Assembly: GCA_027031765.1 (NCBI GenBank)
Contig: JALVPN010000211.1
Span: 1 to 30,173 of the forward strand
Origin: Promethearchaeota archaeon
GTDB lineage: Archaea; Asgardarchaeota; Thorarchaeia; Thorarchaeales; Thorarchaeaceae
DNA length: 30,173 nt
Reading direction: 5' to 3'
Shown: positions 17,826 to 26,312 of the stretch, piece after piece
Numbering within the stretch: the first letter of the stretch is position 1
Layout: each line of letters opens with the position of its first letter
Notes under the pieces: generated by a model
Databases searched by the model: none
What the model was told of the DNA's origin: nothing
The model's input: the letters and a program-made list of their open reading frames with translations, nothing else
Position numbers and translations under genes: made by a program

Positions 17826-18447
17826 TGTGTGGGAGTATTAGGCGCAGGTCCTGTTGCCGTATGACAACATGAGCGGCACGTGCGACCTGTTCGTCACGGG
17901 GCCTGAAAGCAATGGCGAGGCCGGCCACCGAGAAGACAGGTACATCGTTCAGGCCATCGCCCACAAAGGCGGTCTCTGTCAGTGCAGTACCGAAGTGCTC
18001 ACATATCCGCCGCAGGCCGTCGACCTTGCCGTCCCAGCCGACCTGTACGTCGACCTCGCCTGTTAGCACACCGTCCCTGTGACCGAGATGGTTGGTCAGC
18101 ACATACTCGATGCCGAGCCGTCGGGCAACGTGGTCTGCGAGGACATCGAGGCCACCCGAGAGTACTGCAGTGTGGACGCCATGTTCTCGGAGGATTTGGA
18201 GGGTCTCTTCAGCACCCGGTGTGAGCTGGCTCCGCTCGACCGCTTCAAGGACTTGTGCAAGCGGCTGCCCCTTCCACAGTGCAGCGTCGAGCACTGCCCA
18301 CTCATCGTACGTGATCTGTCCATCAAAGTACATGTCGTAGTAGCGCTTGCCGGTCTCCTCAGTGCCAAAGAGCTGGTGCAGTCGCCACCAGATGCTGGTG
18401 TGGACTGTGAGCGTACCGTCAACATCAAAGACTACAAGCCGTATCAT
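17770..18447 (-). CDS. serB: HAD phosphoserine phosphatase-like (SerB family)
   Basis: FDVDGTL, LSGG, VGDGLND, GLAIAF. The 3' end overlaps the antiporter 3' end by 56 nt. Confidence 0.85.
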   Translation of the reverse strand: MIRLVVFDVDGTLTVHTSIWWRLHQLFGTEETGKRYYDMYFDGQITYDEWAVLDAALWKGQPLAQVLEAVERSQLTPGAEETLQILREHGVHTAVLSGGLDVLADHVARRLGIEYVLTNHLGHRDGVLTGEVDVQVGWDGKVDGLRRICEHFGTALTETAFVGDGLNDVPVFSVAGLAIAFRPRDEQVARAAHVVIRQQDLRLILPHIIPEYRTGGARTHTSGGA

Positions 18448-18501
18448 AGGGTCACATCCCGATATGGGCTCCTGTGGGGGTGTGCTGGAAGGGCCTGTCT
18501 G

Positions 18502-19155
18502 TCAGCTGCTGACCCCGTGTTCACGCTCGGCACGTGCCTCTTCTTCCAGGCGCAGGAGGATGTCTTCAATCCGTGAGTCAATGTCGTTGCCCTCTGCCTC
18601 AGGCCCTGTGAGGGACTCGAGGGGTGGCAGGACCCCGGCGCGCTCAAGTGTCAGCTCGGCCTCGATGGATGCCATCCGCTGTTCAACACGTTGCTCAGTG
18701 TCAACGGGGCTGGCAGAGGAGGACACGTCCTCTGAGAGGAGGTCTCTTGCGATAGATACGTGTTCGAGCGACTCGGCCAGTCTGTCCAGTTGTACCTGGA
18801 TCTCCGTGGGGTCCAGGGCACCACGCACCTCCTCAAGGGCCTCATTGGCAGCGGTCATGGCCCTCATCACGCTTGCCTGGTCACGCGCCTCCTCGATGCT
18901 GAACAGCGATGACTCGAGCGTCAGCATCTGCTGCTGGTACTTCGACAGCCTGTCCTCAAGGTCTATGGCAATCCGCAGGTGGGTGCGTGCGAGCCCCCTG
19001 TCACCACGGGCAGCAGCAACGCGTGCTGACTCCGCCTCCTGGGCAATCCGTGCCTCAATGTTCCGGATGCGCAGGGTCAGCGCGTTCAGTGCCCCACGGA
19101 TTTCGAGGATGCTGTGTTCAAGGTCAACCTCCTTCTTTCCGCTCAGGAAGCCCAT
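18502..19155 (-). CDS. Snf7/ESCRT-III family protein (Vps20/32/60-like)
   Basis: MGFLSGKK N-terminus, helical hairpin A..AAARGDRGLARTHL...LE..L..IEEA...V..AM..A..AL, acidic tail with LPPL and DIDSRIEDILLRLEE. GGTGA SD before ATG 19155. Confidence 0.8.
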   Translation of the reverse strand: MGFLSGKKEVDLEHSILEIRGALNALTLRIRNIEARIAQEAESARVAAARGDRGLARTHLRIAIDLEDRLSKYQQQMLTLESSLFSIEEARDQASVMRAMTAANEALEEVRGALDPTEIQVQLDRLAESLEHVSIARDLLSEDVSSSASPVDTEQRVEQRMASIEAELTLERAGVLPPLESLTGPEAEGNDIDSRIEDILLRLEEEARAEREHGVSS

Positions 19156-19194
19156 AGCAGTCACCCACTGTTCATGTCCGACTCGGGCCAGCCA

Positions 19195-19201
19195 TATTTA
19201 A
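19195..19201 (-). promoter_or_regulatory. TATA box of the ESCRT-III gene
   Basis: TTAAATA on the minus strand, about 40 nt upstream of ATG 19155. Confidence 0.55.
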
Positions 19202-19226
19202 GGCGTTGCAACACGCCGGCCCCGCC

Positions 19227-19841
19227 TCATACGGCTCCGGAGGCCAGCGATGGTGCCGCCCTGAACACGGCAGTGAGGAGGAGCACAGAAGCGAGAGTGG
19301 CCAGACCACACCAGTGGACGACGGCCATCGCAGGTGATGAGTCCCAGCCCCAGCTCAGGAGTGTTGCAAGGACTGCTGAGACCACCTCTGCTGCGCAGAC
19401 ACGGTTGTGCAGGTAGTAGTCGGCGAGCCGGGAGATATAGGAGTTCGGGGCCGTCGACGCGGGGACAGTACGGACACGCCATTTGGAGAGTGGGTATAGG
19501 GGCCTGAGACCACCGTCCATTGCGTCAACGGTCAGGTGGAGGAGCACCGGGACTGCCACCCAGAACGCCGGTGGGAACACGGGGGCGACGGACAGGAGGC
19601 ACAGCCAGGGTAACATCGAGTGCGTGACGAGGTCGCGGTGCCCGTGCTCGAGGTCATCACCTGCAAGCAGGATGTCAAGGTCTATGAACACACCGCAGCC
19701 GACCGCAGTGTAGAGCACATCTACTGGCGGTTGCAGGGGGTACCATAACAGTGCGACTAGGACAACAGTGGATGTGGCGTGGAAAGTGGGGAGCAGCAGT
19801 AGCACCACCGTGGTCAGACATGAGCGGTGTGACGTCGACAC
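19227..19841 (-). CDS. Membrane-bound metal-dependent hydrolase-like protein (YdjM/DUF457-like)
   Basis: PTFHA, GVFIDLD, HRDLVTHS, LHLTVDA...LYPLS pattern with hydrophobic segments. Exact start uncertain. Confidence 0.75.
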   Translation of the reverse strand: MSTSHRSCLTTVVLLLLPTFHATSTVVLVALLWYPLQPPVDVLYTAVGCGVFIDLDILLAGDDLEHGHRDLVTHSMLPWLCLLSVAPVFPPAFWVAVPVLLHLTVDAMDGGLRPLYPLSKWRVRTVPASTAPNSYISRLADYYLHNRVCAAEVVSAVLATLLSWGWDSSPAMAVVHWCGLATLASVLLLTAVFRAAPSLASGAV

Positions 19842-19951
19842 CTAGTGTCGACAGCCCAAGAGCCCGTATGGGCCCTCTGCACCATGCTCTGGCCACATCG
19901 AAAGGCTGTAATATCACCTCCGGCCGGTGCACACCTGCGGGTGGTACAGAG

Positions 19952-20761
19952 ATGACACTGTTGCGGACTGTCCAGCACGCTACAGAAGCAGCCAGGACCC
20001 ATATCATCGACAACATCGAGAAGAGACGGGAGAAGACAGGGACGACCAACCAGTATGGTGACCAGACGCTGGTGCTCGACCTCGACACTGAGAACCTAGT
20101 CATGGATGTACTCGGGACTGCAGACACCGACTTTGCGTTCCTGACCGAGGAACAGGGCCTCATAACAGGGGACAGGTCGCCGGAGTACTTGGCCATCATA
20201 GACCCCATAGACGGGTCTGTGAACCTTGAGAGGGGAGTGCCGCTCTGCAGCGTCGGGATTGCAGTGCTCCCATATGGGGACATCATGACATCGGATGACA
20301 TCGAGGTCTCGGTGATTGCCTCAGTCTTCACGGACGAGGTCTATGTTGCTGAGCGTGGCCATGGCGTCATGCTGAACGGGCGTCGTGTACGGCCATCAGA
20401 CACCAAGGACCCGACTGAGGCCATTGTGTCCTATGATACCCATCGCAACATGTCTGGAGAGTTCGGCCAGAGGTCACTCTCGGTGCTGGCTGGAGTAGGG
20501 GATATCAGGAGGACGGGCACCAACCTGCTTGACCTCTGCTGGACAGCGGCCGGCAAGCTGGACGCAATGGTCGACCTGCGGGACATCCTCGCAGTAATCC
20601 ACGTCAGTGGGACCCATATGGTGTCCGAAGCAGGGGGACACGTCATCGACGGCCATGGCAACCGGTTCGTAGTCCCAATCGAAGCTGGCAGGCGGATGAG
20701 CTACGTGGCCGCCTCTAACAGAGGACTTGCCGAGAGGCTGCTAGACCTGTTCAATACATAG
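19952..20761 (+). CDS. suhB: Archaeal inositol monophosphatase/fructose-1,6-bisphosphatase
   Basis: GDQTLVLD, LTEEQG, IIDPIDGSVN, DIRRTG...LDLCWTAAG. ATG 19952 chosen. Confidence 0.88.
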   Translation: MTLLRTVQHATEAARTHIIDNIEKRREKTGTTNQYGDQTLVLDLDTENLVMDVLGTADTDFAFLTEEQGLITGDRSPEYLAIIDPIDGSVNLERGVPLCSVGIAVLPYGDIMTSDDIEVSVIASVFTDEVYVAERGHGVMLNGRRVRPSDTKDPTEAIVSYDTHRNMSGEFGQRSLSVLAGVGDIRRTGTNLLDLCWTAAGKLDAMVDLRDILAVIHVSGTHMVSEAGGHVIDGHGNRFVVPIEAGRRMSYVAASNRGLAERLLDLFNT

Positions 20762-20863
20762 TCCACAGTTGTTACACACAGAAACCGCGTCTGGTGCGGC
20801 CGGATTACATATCTAACCCCTTATATTCAGAGCAGTGGGAGCAGTGTGCAGGGTGGAAACAAC

Positions 20864-21688
20864 ATGTCTACAGCCCAGAAGAGCATCCGCGATATGGTGC
20901 CGCCAAAGGTAAGAGAGAACATGCGTGACATCAAGCACAAGGTCGTCATCCTCTCCGGCAAGGGCGGCGTGGGCAAGACCACTGTGGCAACGAACCTGGC
21001 CATGGCATTTGCAAGGGACGGCCTTGAAACGGGCGTCCTGGATGTGGACATCTACGGGCCCAACGTCCCCAAGCTCCTCGGACTTGAGGGACAGCACCCG
21101 GCAGTGGAGGGTGAATCAATCCTGCCTGTCGTGGGCCCGCTCGGAGTGCGCGTGATGAGCATGGCGTTCCTCCTCCGGAACAGGGACGATGCCGTGGCGT
21201 GGCGAGGACCACTGGTCGCAAAGGTGATTGGCCAGTTCCTTGGCGATGTGCGCTGGGGAGCACTGGACATGCTCGTCGTTGACCTCCCACCTGGTACTGG
21301 CGACGAGATACTGAGCATTCTGCAGTCAATCCCCGATGCCGATGGTGTCATCATTGTCTCGACACCGCAGGAGGTCGCGGTGCTGGACGCCAGCCGTGCC
21401 GTCAGACTCGTGAAAAAGATGGGCGTCCCGGTGCTCGGCATTGTTGAGAACATGAGTGAGTTCGTGTGCCCCGAGTGTGGCAGCGTCCACAAGCTGTTCG
21501 GTGATGGCGCCACTCGCAGGGCCGCAGAGCAGTACGATATTGAACTCCTCGGCTCGCTACCACTCGACCCCCGAGTCGTCACCTTCAGCGACAAGGGCAC
21601 TCCGTTTGTGATCATGGAACCCGAGAGCAGGGTCGCCGGGGCATTCAATGCCCTTGTCACACGTCTGCGCGAAAAGATGGAAGTGTAG
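20864..21688 (+). CDS. mrp: Mrp/NBP35 (ApbC) Fe-S cluster carrier ATPase
   Basis: SGKGGVGKT, DVDIYGPN, WRGP, DLPPGTGD, STPQ, ENMS..CPEC. TATA-like CTTATATT at 20820. Confidence 0.95.
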   Translation: MSTAQKSIRDMVPPKVRENMRDIKHKVVILSGKGGVGKTTVATNLAMAFARDGLETGVLDVDIYGPNVPKLLGLEGQHPAVEGESILPVVGPLGVRVMSMAFLLRNRDDAVAWRGPLVAKVIGQFLGDVRWGALDMLVVDLPPGTGDEILSILQSIPDADGVIIVSTPQEVAVLDASRAVRLVKKMGVPVLGIVENMSEFVCPECGSVHKLFGDGATRRAAEQYDIELLGSLPLDPRVVTFSDKGTPFVIMEPESRVAGAFNALVTRLREKMEV

Positions 21689-21893
21689 TCAGTGGGAGCC
21701 CCGGAGAGGCACAGGATGGCAGACTGGTGACAGCACGGCCCCGAGCAGGTGACCCGAGAGCAGGTACAGACCAGCCGGGCGGTCGTCTACAGCTGCGCGC
21801 CATATGAGGACGCTGGACAGGGTACAAGCAACCCCTGTGCCCACCCACTCCCACTCTCGGTCCCGCTCCAAGTCGGTCCCGGGTGTATTGGTC

Positions 21894-22295
21894 TCAAGAC
21901 TCCTCTCCGTACGGTGTTGTGCCGTCAGACCCGCTGGCCTCAGACCCCGGTCTGGACTCCTCAGTCGTTGACTCGTCAGCTCCTGTCGGTTCCTCGGTGC
22001 CAGGCCCTGCAGACAGGAGCCTTGTAAGGAAGGGGTACTGCAGGACAAGACTCACAATCGCGAGGACTATGGTGATCCAGACTGTGGTCTCAGGCCCGAA
22101 CATGACCAGGGGGTTCAGTACCATGTTGCTGGGGGATGTCTCGAAGAGTGTGGACTGGAACCACACAGGGATAGCAAATGCCATGGGCAGGCAGACTATG
22201 ACCAGTAGGATGATGCTGGCTATTATCTCGGCCGTGTAGGTCAGTACCTTCTTCAACGTGCTGTCGATAGCTCTCCTTGCCTGTGTCAACTTCAA
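21894..22295 (-). CDS. Hypothetical two-TM membrane protein with acidic tail
   Basis: TTG 22295 preceded by GAGGAC. Two hydrophobic segments and an E/S/T-rich C-terminus. Confidence 0.6.
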   Translation of the reverse strand: MKLTQARRAIDSTLKKVLTYTAEIIASIILLVIVCLPMAFAIPVWFQSTLFETSPSNMVLNPLVMFGPETTVWITIVLAIVSLVLQYPFLTRLLSAGPGTEEPTGADESTTEESRPGSEASGSDGTTPYGEES

Positions 22296-22603
22296 GTCCT
22301 CGCGGTAGGCGGAACGGTGTCGTCCTTTAAAACTTGGTGCTGGGAGTGTACGGCCTAGCTGCCCTGTTACGCTCATGGGCTGAGTGAACCGGTATGTGCC
22401 AGAACCATGCATGCACGACAACGTACGACAGTGCCAACAGCTTGCCCTCTAGTGGGAGTCAAGTAGGACGGCGGGGGCAAGAGAGAACGAGGACTTGGGG
22501 AGATAGAGATAGTGGTTGAGATGGACGGAGAAGGACTTGTGCCCCCGCAACTGTTCCAACACTCTACAGACCTTTTCTGGATTTAAGGAAATCTGGGACG
22601 TCT

Positions 22604-22624
22604 GTATTGCGGAGTCCGCAATAC
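22604..22624. promoter_or_regulatory. Perfect 21-bp palindrome, operator-like
   Basis: GTATTGCGGA-G-TCCGCAATAC, between TATA-like boxes at about 22581-22587 and 22654-22663. Confidence 0.55.
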
Positions 22625-22691
22625 TGGCGACATACTATTGGAAATATCACAATCCTTAAAAGGGGCGCTGTGGACGTGACTCTTGGTAAGT

Positions 22692-22833
22692 GTGTTGAGG
22701 AGGCGCCACAACCACTCGTCGTGCCAAGGCGAGTTTCCCTCCCTCCTGAAATCCTAGTCGCACAGAAGTGCACACATCCTCTCCTCCTCAAGCAACCAAA
22801 GCGAACCGTTCTTGTTTTGGCGCCTCCTCACAC
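22692..22833 (+). ncRNA. Candidate stem-closed structured RNA (or MITE-like element), family unknown
   Basis: TGAGGAGGCGCCA (22696-22708) / TGGCGCCTCCTCA (22818-22830) perfect 13-bp IR extended by GTG/CAC, two internal hairpins, TTAAAA about 30 nt upstream. Confidence 0.35.
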
Positions 22834-22947
22834 CTCACCCACTCGGTCTTGTCCTGTTGTTACAATGTCATCTGTCTTGAGCACCACAGTCCCGTGTCCG
22901 CACGAGGTGGCGCAAGACGGCAACCATCTGCTGTGTGGGAGGGCCTG

Positions 22948-23193
22948 CTAGTCGTCCAGGTCAAGGTCTATGATTTCCTGTACCCGTCCCATGGAGAACA
23001 CTTCTAGCAGGAAGGGCATGTGGGCTTCTCCGACCTTGAGCCACGCATAGCCATCGCGCCGGTAGTATACATACTTCACAGCGTCGTACCGTACCTCAAC
23101 AAGAGAGCCGTCAGGTAGCTCGTTGAGGTCGAAACACTCGAGGGACAACTCATCGTCACCACCCTTGGGGGTGGTGAGATAGAGACGGTCCAC
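22948..23193 (-). CDS. Small hypothetical protein (81 aa)
   Basis: GTG 23193 preceded by GGTGAAGG. Globular beta-rich composition, acidic tail IIDLDLDD. Confidence 0.55.
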   Translation of the reverse strand: MDRLYLTTPKGGDDELSLECFDLNELPDGSLVEVRYDAVKYVYYRRDGYAWLKVGEAHMPFLLEVFSMGRVQEIIDLDLDD

Positions 23194-23598
23194 ACCTTCA
23201 CCCGATGGTAGGATCAGTGCGGCGTGCGGCCTTGTAGTGGGTGTCCATGTCTGAGGTAGGCTTATACACTTACACGCGAAGGCGCCGCTAGCGGCTCTCA
23301 GCATGGCGTACGCGCGAAGGTCGACCATCTCGGTTTCTTCCGGGGCGTGTGGTGGGGCAGCGGGAGGACCCGTCTGTCTGACGGGAATGTGCCATTTCCA
23401 CTGCCGTCATTGGGGTCTCTACTACATATAAGGCAACGGGCACGCAGGGCGCGCCAAGGGCCGTAGAACGGGCCTGTGGACGTTGTGGTGGACGCTGTAG
23501 GGAGGCCCCACACCAAGGAGGTACGAGTGCTGTTATAAGCTGCTGGGTATGGTTGCGGGAGGTCATACGGGCCCGTCCCGGCCAAACAACTGACCACA

Positions 23599-24285
23599 CT
23601 AGTCTGCGCGCCCCTCCACCCGCCGTCGTGCTTCCTCATAGACGCCTTCGAGCGACCCGAAGACGACACTGGCCCCTGACTCAAGGAGGGTCTCACGACT
23701 TGTCTCCCCGGTGGTGACGCCCCAGAACTCGATACCGGCACGCTGGGCGGCCACGCCGTCTATGCTCGCATCACCCACATAGGCGACCTCGGATTTCTGG
23801 ACGCCCAGCTGCTCACACAACTTCAGCAGGCCGTCCGGGTAGGGCTTCGGGTTTGGTGACTCGTTGCGTGTCTGGATGACCTCAAAGAAGTCGTCCAAGG
23901 GTATCCTCTCACGGATGATGTCCACAGCATGACGGCCGTTGTTGGTCAGGATTGCAGTCTTGAGGCCCAGAGAACGGATTTGCCGGACGACGTCCAGCGC
24001 ACCCTCTATTAGGGTCGCAGCCTTTGCTGCGTCACCCTCGTGACAGTTGAGGAGGGAGTCCACTTCTCCCTCCATCCGGGCCCACTCCTCCTCCGAGATG
24101 CCCTTGCTAATGAAGTACTGGCGCGCCTTGTACTTTGAACTCGATATCCCGTCAGCGGGCTCCAGCAGGTCAGCGGGCATCCCTCTATCAATATAGTAGC
24201 GTTTTGTATCCCGCCGCATTGCTTCAAGAGGGAGTGTGAGTTTCGTTATTGTGCCGTCGAGGTCGAATATGAGGGCCTTGAGCAA
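23599..24285 (-). CDS. HAD-family hydrolase (phosphoglycolate phosphatase-like)
   Basis: IFDLDGT, LTNN, KPYPDG, YVGDASID. Confidence 0.9.
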   Translation of the reverse strand: MLKALIFDLDGTITKLTLPLEAMRRDTKRYYIDRGMPADLLEPADGISSSKYKARQYFISKGISEEEWARMEGEVDSLLNCHEGDAAKAATLIEGALDVVRQIRSLGLKTAILTNNGRHAVDIIRERIPLDDFFEVIQTRNESPNPKPYPDGLLKLCEQLGVQKSEVAYVGDASIDGVAAQRAGIEFWGVTTGETSRETLLESGASVVFGSLEGVYEEARRRVEGRAD

Positions 24286-24361
24286 CGCGCCATCACAAGA
24301 CGGACATCAGCGCAGCCTACTTAAAGATAGCCCCAGCGCACTGCCGCCACGCAGACGGCAG

Positions 24362-25012
24362 CTACTGTGACGGGGCCTCGACCACATGCTTACAGATGGC
24401 AGTGGTGACCAGTGGTAACGACCGGCCATAGAAGTGACCCTCGTCAGGGAGGAACTCGGTGTGGACAGTCGCTGATACCAGGCCCTCTTTGAAACGGCCC
24501 ATGTCCTTGGGGGGGACAATGGTGTCCCTCAGGCCATGATACATCAGCACAGGACAGGTTATGGAGGCAAGGCGCTGCTTGAGGTCGTCGGCCTCGGAGG
24601 CGATTGAATAGGATGCGCTCAGAGCGGACACAGATGCGGGGCGGATGTCGGCAGCCACACAGAGGGCGACCGAGCCACCGAACGAATAGCCGACAACCCC
24701 CACACGTCTGCACCCTACTGCACGGGTGAGCGCAGCAAAGGCAGCACTGGCGTCCTGGACCGCACCCATAACACCCTCATACCTGTGTCGCACACGGGGC
24801 ACACCCCTGAAGTCGAACCTAAGAGAAGCGATACCGTGGTCATAGAGGGCGTCACAGAGTGCAATCACAACTCCGTTGTCCATGTCCCCACCGTATAGTG
24901 GGTGCGGGTGGAGTACGAGTGCCGCCGCGTGCTGCTCCTCCGGAGTGTGGAGTACGGCTTGCCTGTCAGTCCCGTCCACTGTGAAGTGGATGTGCGTGAA
25001 GGGCCTCATCAC
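24362..25012 (-). CDS. Alpha/beta-fold hydrolase
   Basis: LHPHPLYGGDMDNGVV, LRFDFRG, GYSFGG nucleophile elbow, HGLRDTIVP, GHFY. Confidence 0.88.
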   Translation of the reverse strand: MMRPFTHIHFTVDGTDRQAVLHTPEEQHAAALVLHPHPLYGGDMDNGVVIALCDALYDHGIASLRFDFRGVPRVRHRYEGVMGAVQDASAAFAALTRAVGCRRVGVVGYSFGGSVALCVAADIRPASVSALSASYSIASEADDLKQRLASITCPVLMYHGLRDTIVPPKDMGRFKEGLVSATVHTEFLPDEGHFYGRSLPLVTTAICKHVVEAPSQ

Positions 25013-25521
25013 ACGCCGGGCTCCTCAATGGCCTTGATGCAGAGGCCCTCAGAGTCAGCATGTCGTGACACTCTGACCCGGACAGGGGGTGCAACACCAG
25101 TGGCCACCGACCCCACAAACGGTATGCATGTGGAGTCACAGTACAGGCGCCCGTGCTGTACAAAGGCCTCATACTGGGGGCAGTGGGAGTGTGTGAACTC
25201 AGCGACACGACCAGACTGCCAGTGGACATCCATCTTGGCACCAAGGAGAGAGCCCAGGACTCTCCACGCATCTGCTGCACCTGCAACAGATGGCTCAAGA
25301 GAGAGCTGCTCCCGGAGTCGACCTGCGACACCTTCACCCAGACGTCGGAACACCTCTTCAAGGGCCTCAAACCCCACCTCACCGAACCTTGCTCCGATGA
25401 CCTCTGCTGTCGTGGCAATCAACTCGTTGATGAACTCTCTCAGCTGGCCGACAACCAGTCCTGACGGTACCAGTCCGTGGACCGCAATGCTACGTAACAG
25501 ACCCATGGTACTGACCCACAC
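25009..25521 (-). CDS. V4R/ATC-hydrolase-like small Cys-containing protein
   Basis: Helical N-half (FRRLGEGVAGRL), then HCPQY...YCDSTC...C. ATGA overlap with the hydrolase. Start uncertain. Confidence 0.6.
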   Translation of the reverse strand: MWVSTMGLLRSIAVHGLVPSGLVVGQLREFINELIATTAEVIGARFGEVGFEALEEVFRRLGEGVAGRLREQLSLEPSVAGAADAWRVLGSLLGAKMDVHWQSGRVAEFTHSHCPQYEAFVQHGRLYCDSTCIPFVGSVATGVAPPVRVRVSRHADSEGLCIKAIEEPGV

Positions 25522-25704
25522 CCCCCAGTCAGGCGGGGAATATAAGTTGTTAGAGGCCGGTCATCAGGCGCACATCGTGACTCCAGGTCGGAGTGGCAGC
25601 ACTATCTAGTTGCTGGCATGGGATCCGGAGTGGACGACCTACAGGGTATCTGTCGACTGGGAGTACCGACACGGACGAACAACAGACCTACATTGCTGGT
25701 CCTC

Positions 25705-26253
25705 TCAGTCGAGCACAACACCAGTCCGGTTGAAGTCCACCACCATGGGGGTCGACCTAGGCATACCGGCCGTGGCGAACATCCTGTAGGACCACTGCAA
25801 CCTGACCGCAAAGACCCACGACGATGACACTGATGCGTTGTAGACTGTGAACTTGTCGTTGATGTCATGGACCGTAGAGGAGAGCGTGAACTCGTGCGTG
25901 TACCCGGAACTGACGAGGCGATACTCCTCGGGTACGCTAAGACCAAAGGCCGTGTAGCTCAGCTTGTCGCGGTTCAGGAACACTGTGGCGCTCATCCCAG
26001 TAATCTGGATGTTGCCCTGGAAAGTGTATGGGGCCTGGAACCGGAATGTGAGACGCATGACTGGGTCGACTGTGTGGTTATCTATGTCGAGGTTCGAGAG
26101 CCGGATTTCGAGCAGTTCGACCTGCATGTCCTTTAGGAGGTAGTAGCTGCCACTGTAGTAGGACGCCGTGTTCACAAGTGATACTGCACTGATCACACCG
26201 ACCAGTATCATCAGTGCTACGACGCGGTCCTGAGTTTTCGGGTCTGAAATCAT
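25705..26253 (-). CDS. Membrane-anchored exported beta-rich protein (LEA_2-like fold possible)
   Basis: Single N-terminal TM, alternating beta patterns, N-x-S/T sequons NHT, NAS, NRT. Confidence 0.7.
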   Translation of the reverse strand: MISDPKTQDRVVALMILVGVISAVSLVNTASYYSGSYYLLKDMQVELLEIRLSNLDIDNHTVDPVMRLTFRFQAPYTFQGNIQITGMSATVFLNRDKLSYTAFGLSVPEEYRLVSSGYTHEFTLSSTVHDINDKFTVYNASVSSSWVFAVRLQWSYRMFATAGMPRSTPMVVDFNRTGVVLD

Positions 26254-26312
26254 CTCTCACTCAGACACCTGACCCTCAAGAGGAGATATCATCCTTCCGC
26301 TCGGCGCAGGGG

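Noticed and set aside
21689-21875. Possible ~60-aa two-TM ORF on the minus strand (ERDREWEWVGTGVACTL...)
   Set aside because: Only moderately hydrophobic, no motif or clear start. Could be real but is unsupported.
22441-22548. Alternative pairings CTTGCCC/GGGCAAG and GCGGGGGCA/TGCCCCCGC
   Set aside because: 7-9-bp GC-rich matches around a low-complexity purine tract, with no terminator or expression-platform context.
22692-22833. 5S rRNA, SRP RNA, RNase P RNA or tRNA
   Set aside because: Lacks their conserved motifs (CCGAAC/GAAG 5S loops, GCCAGG-CCCGGAAGGGAGCA, GAGGAAAGUCC, T-loop GGTTCRA). No tRNA or rRNA gene was recognised anywhere in the window.
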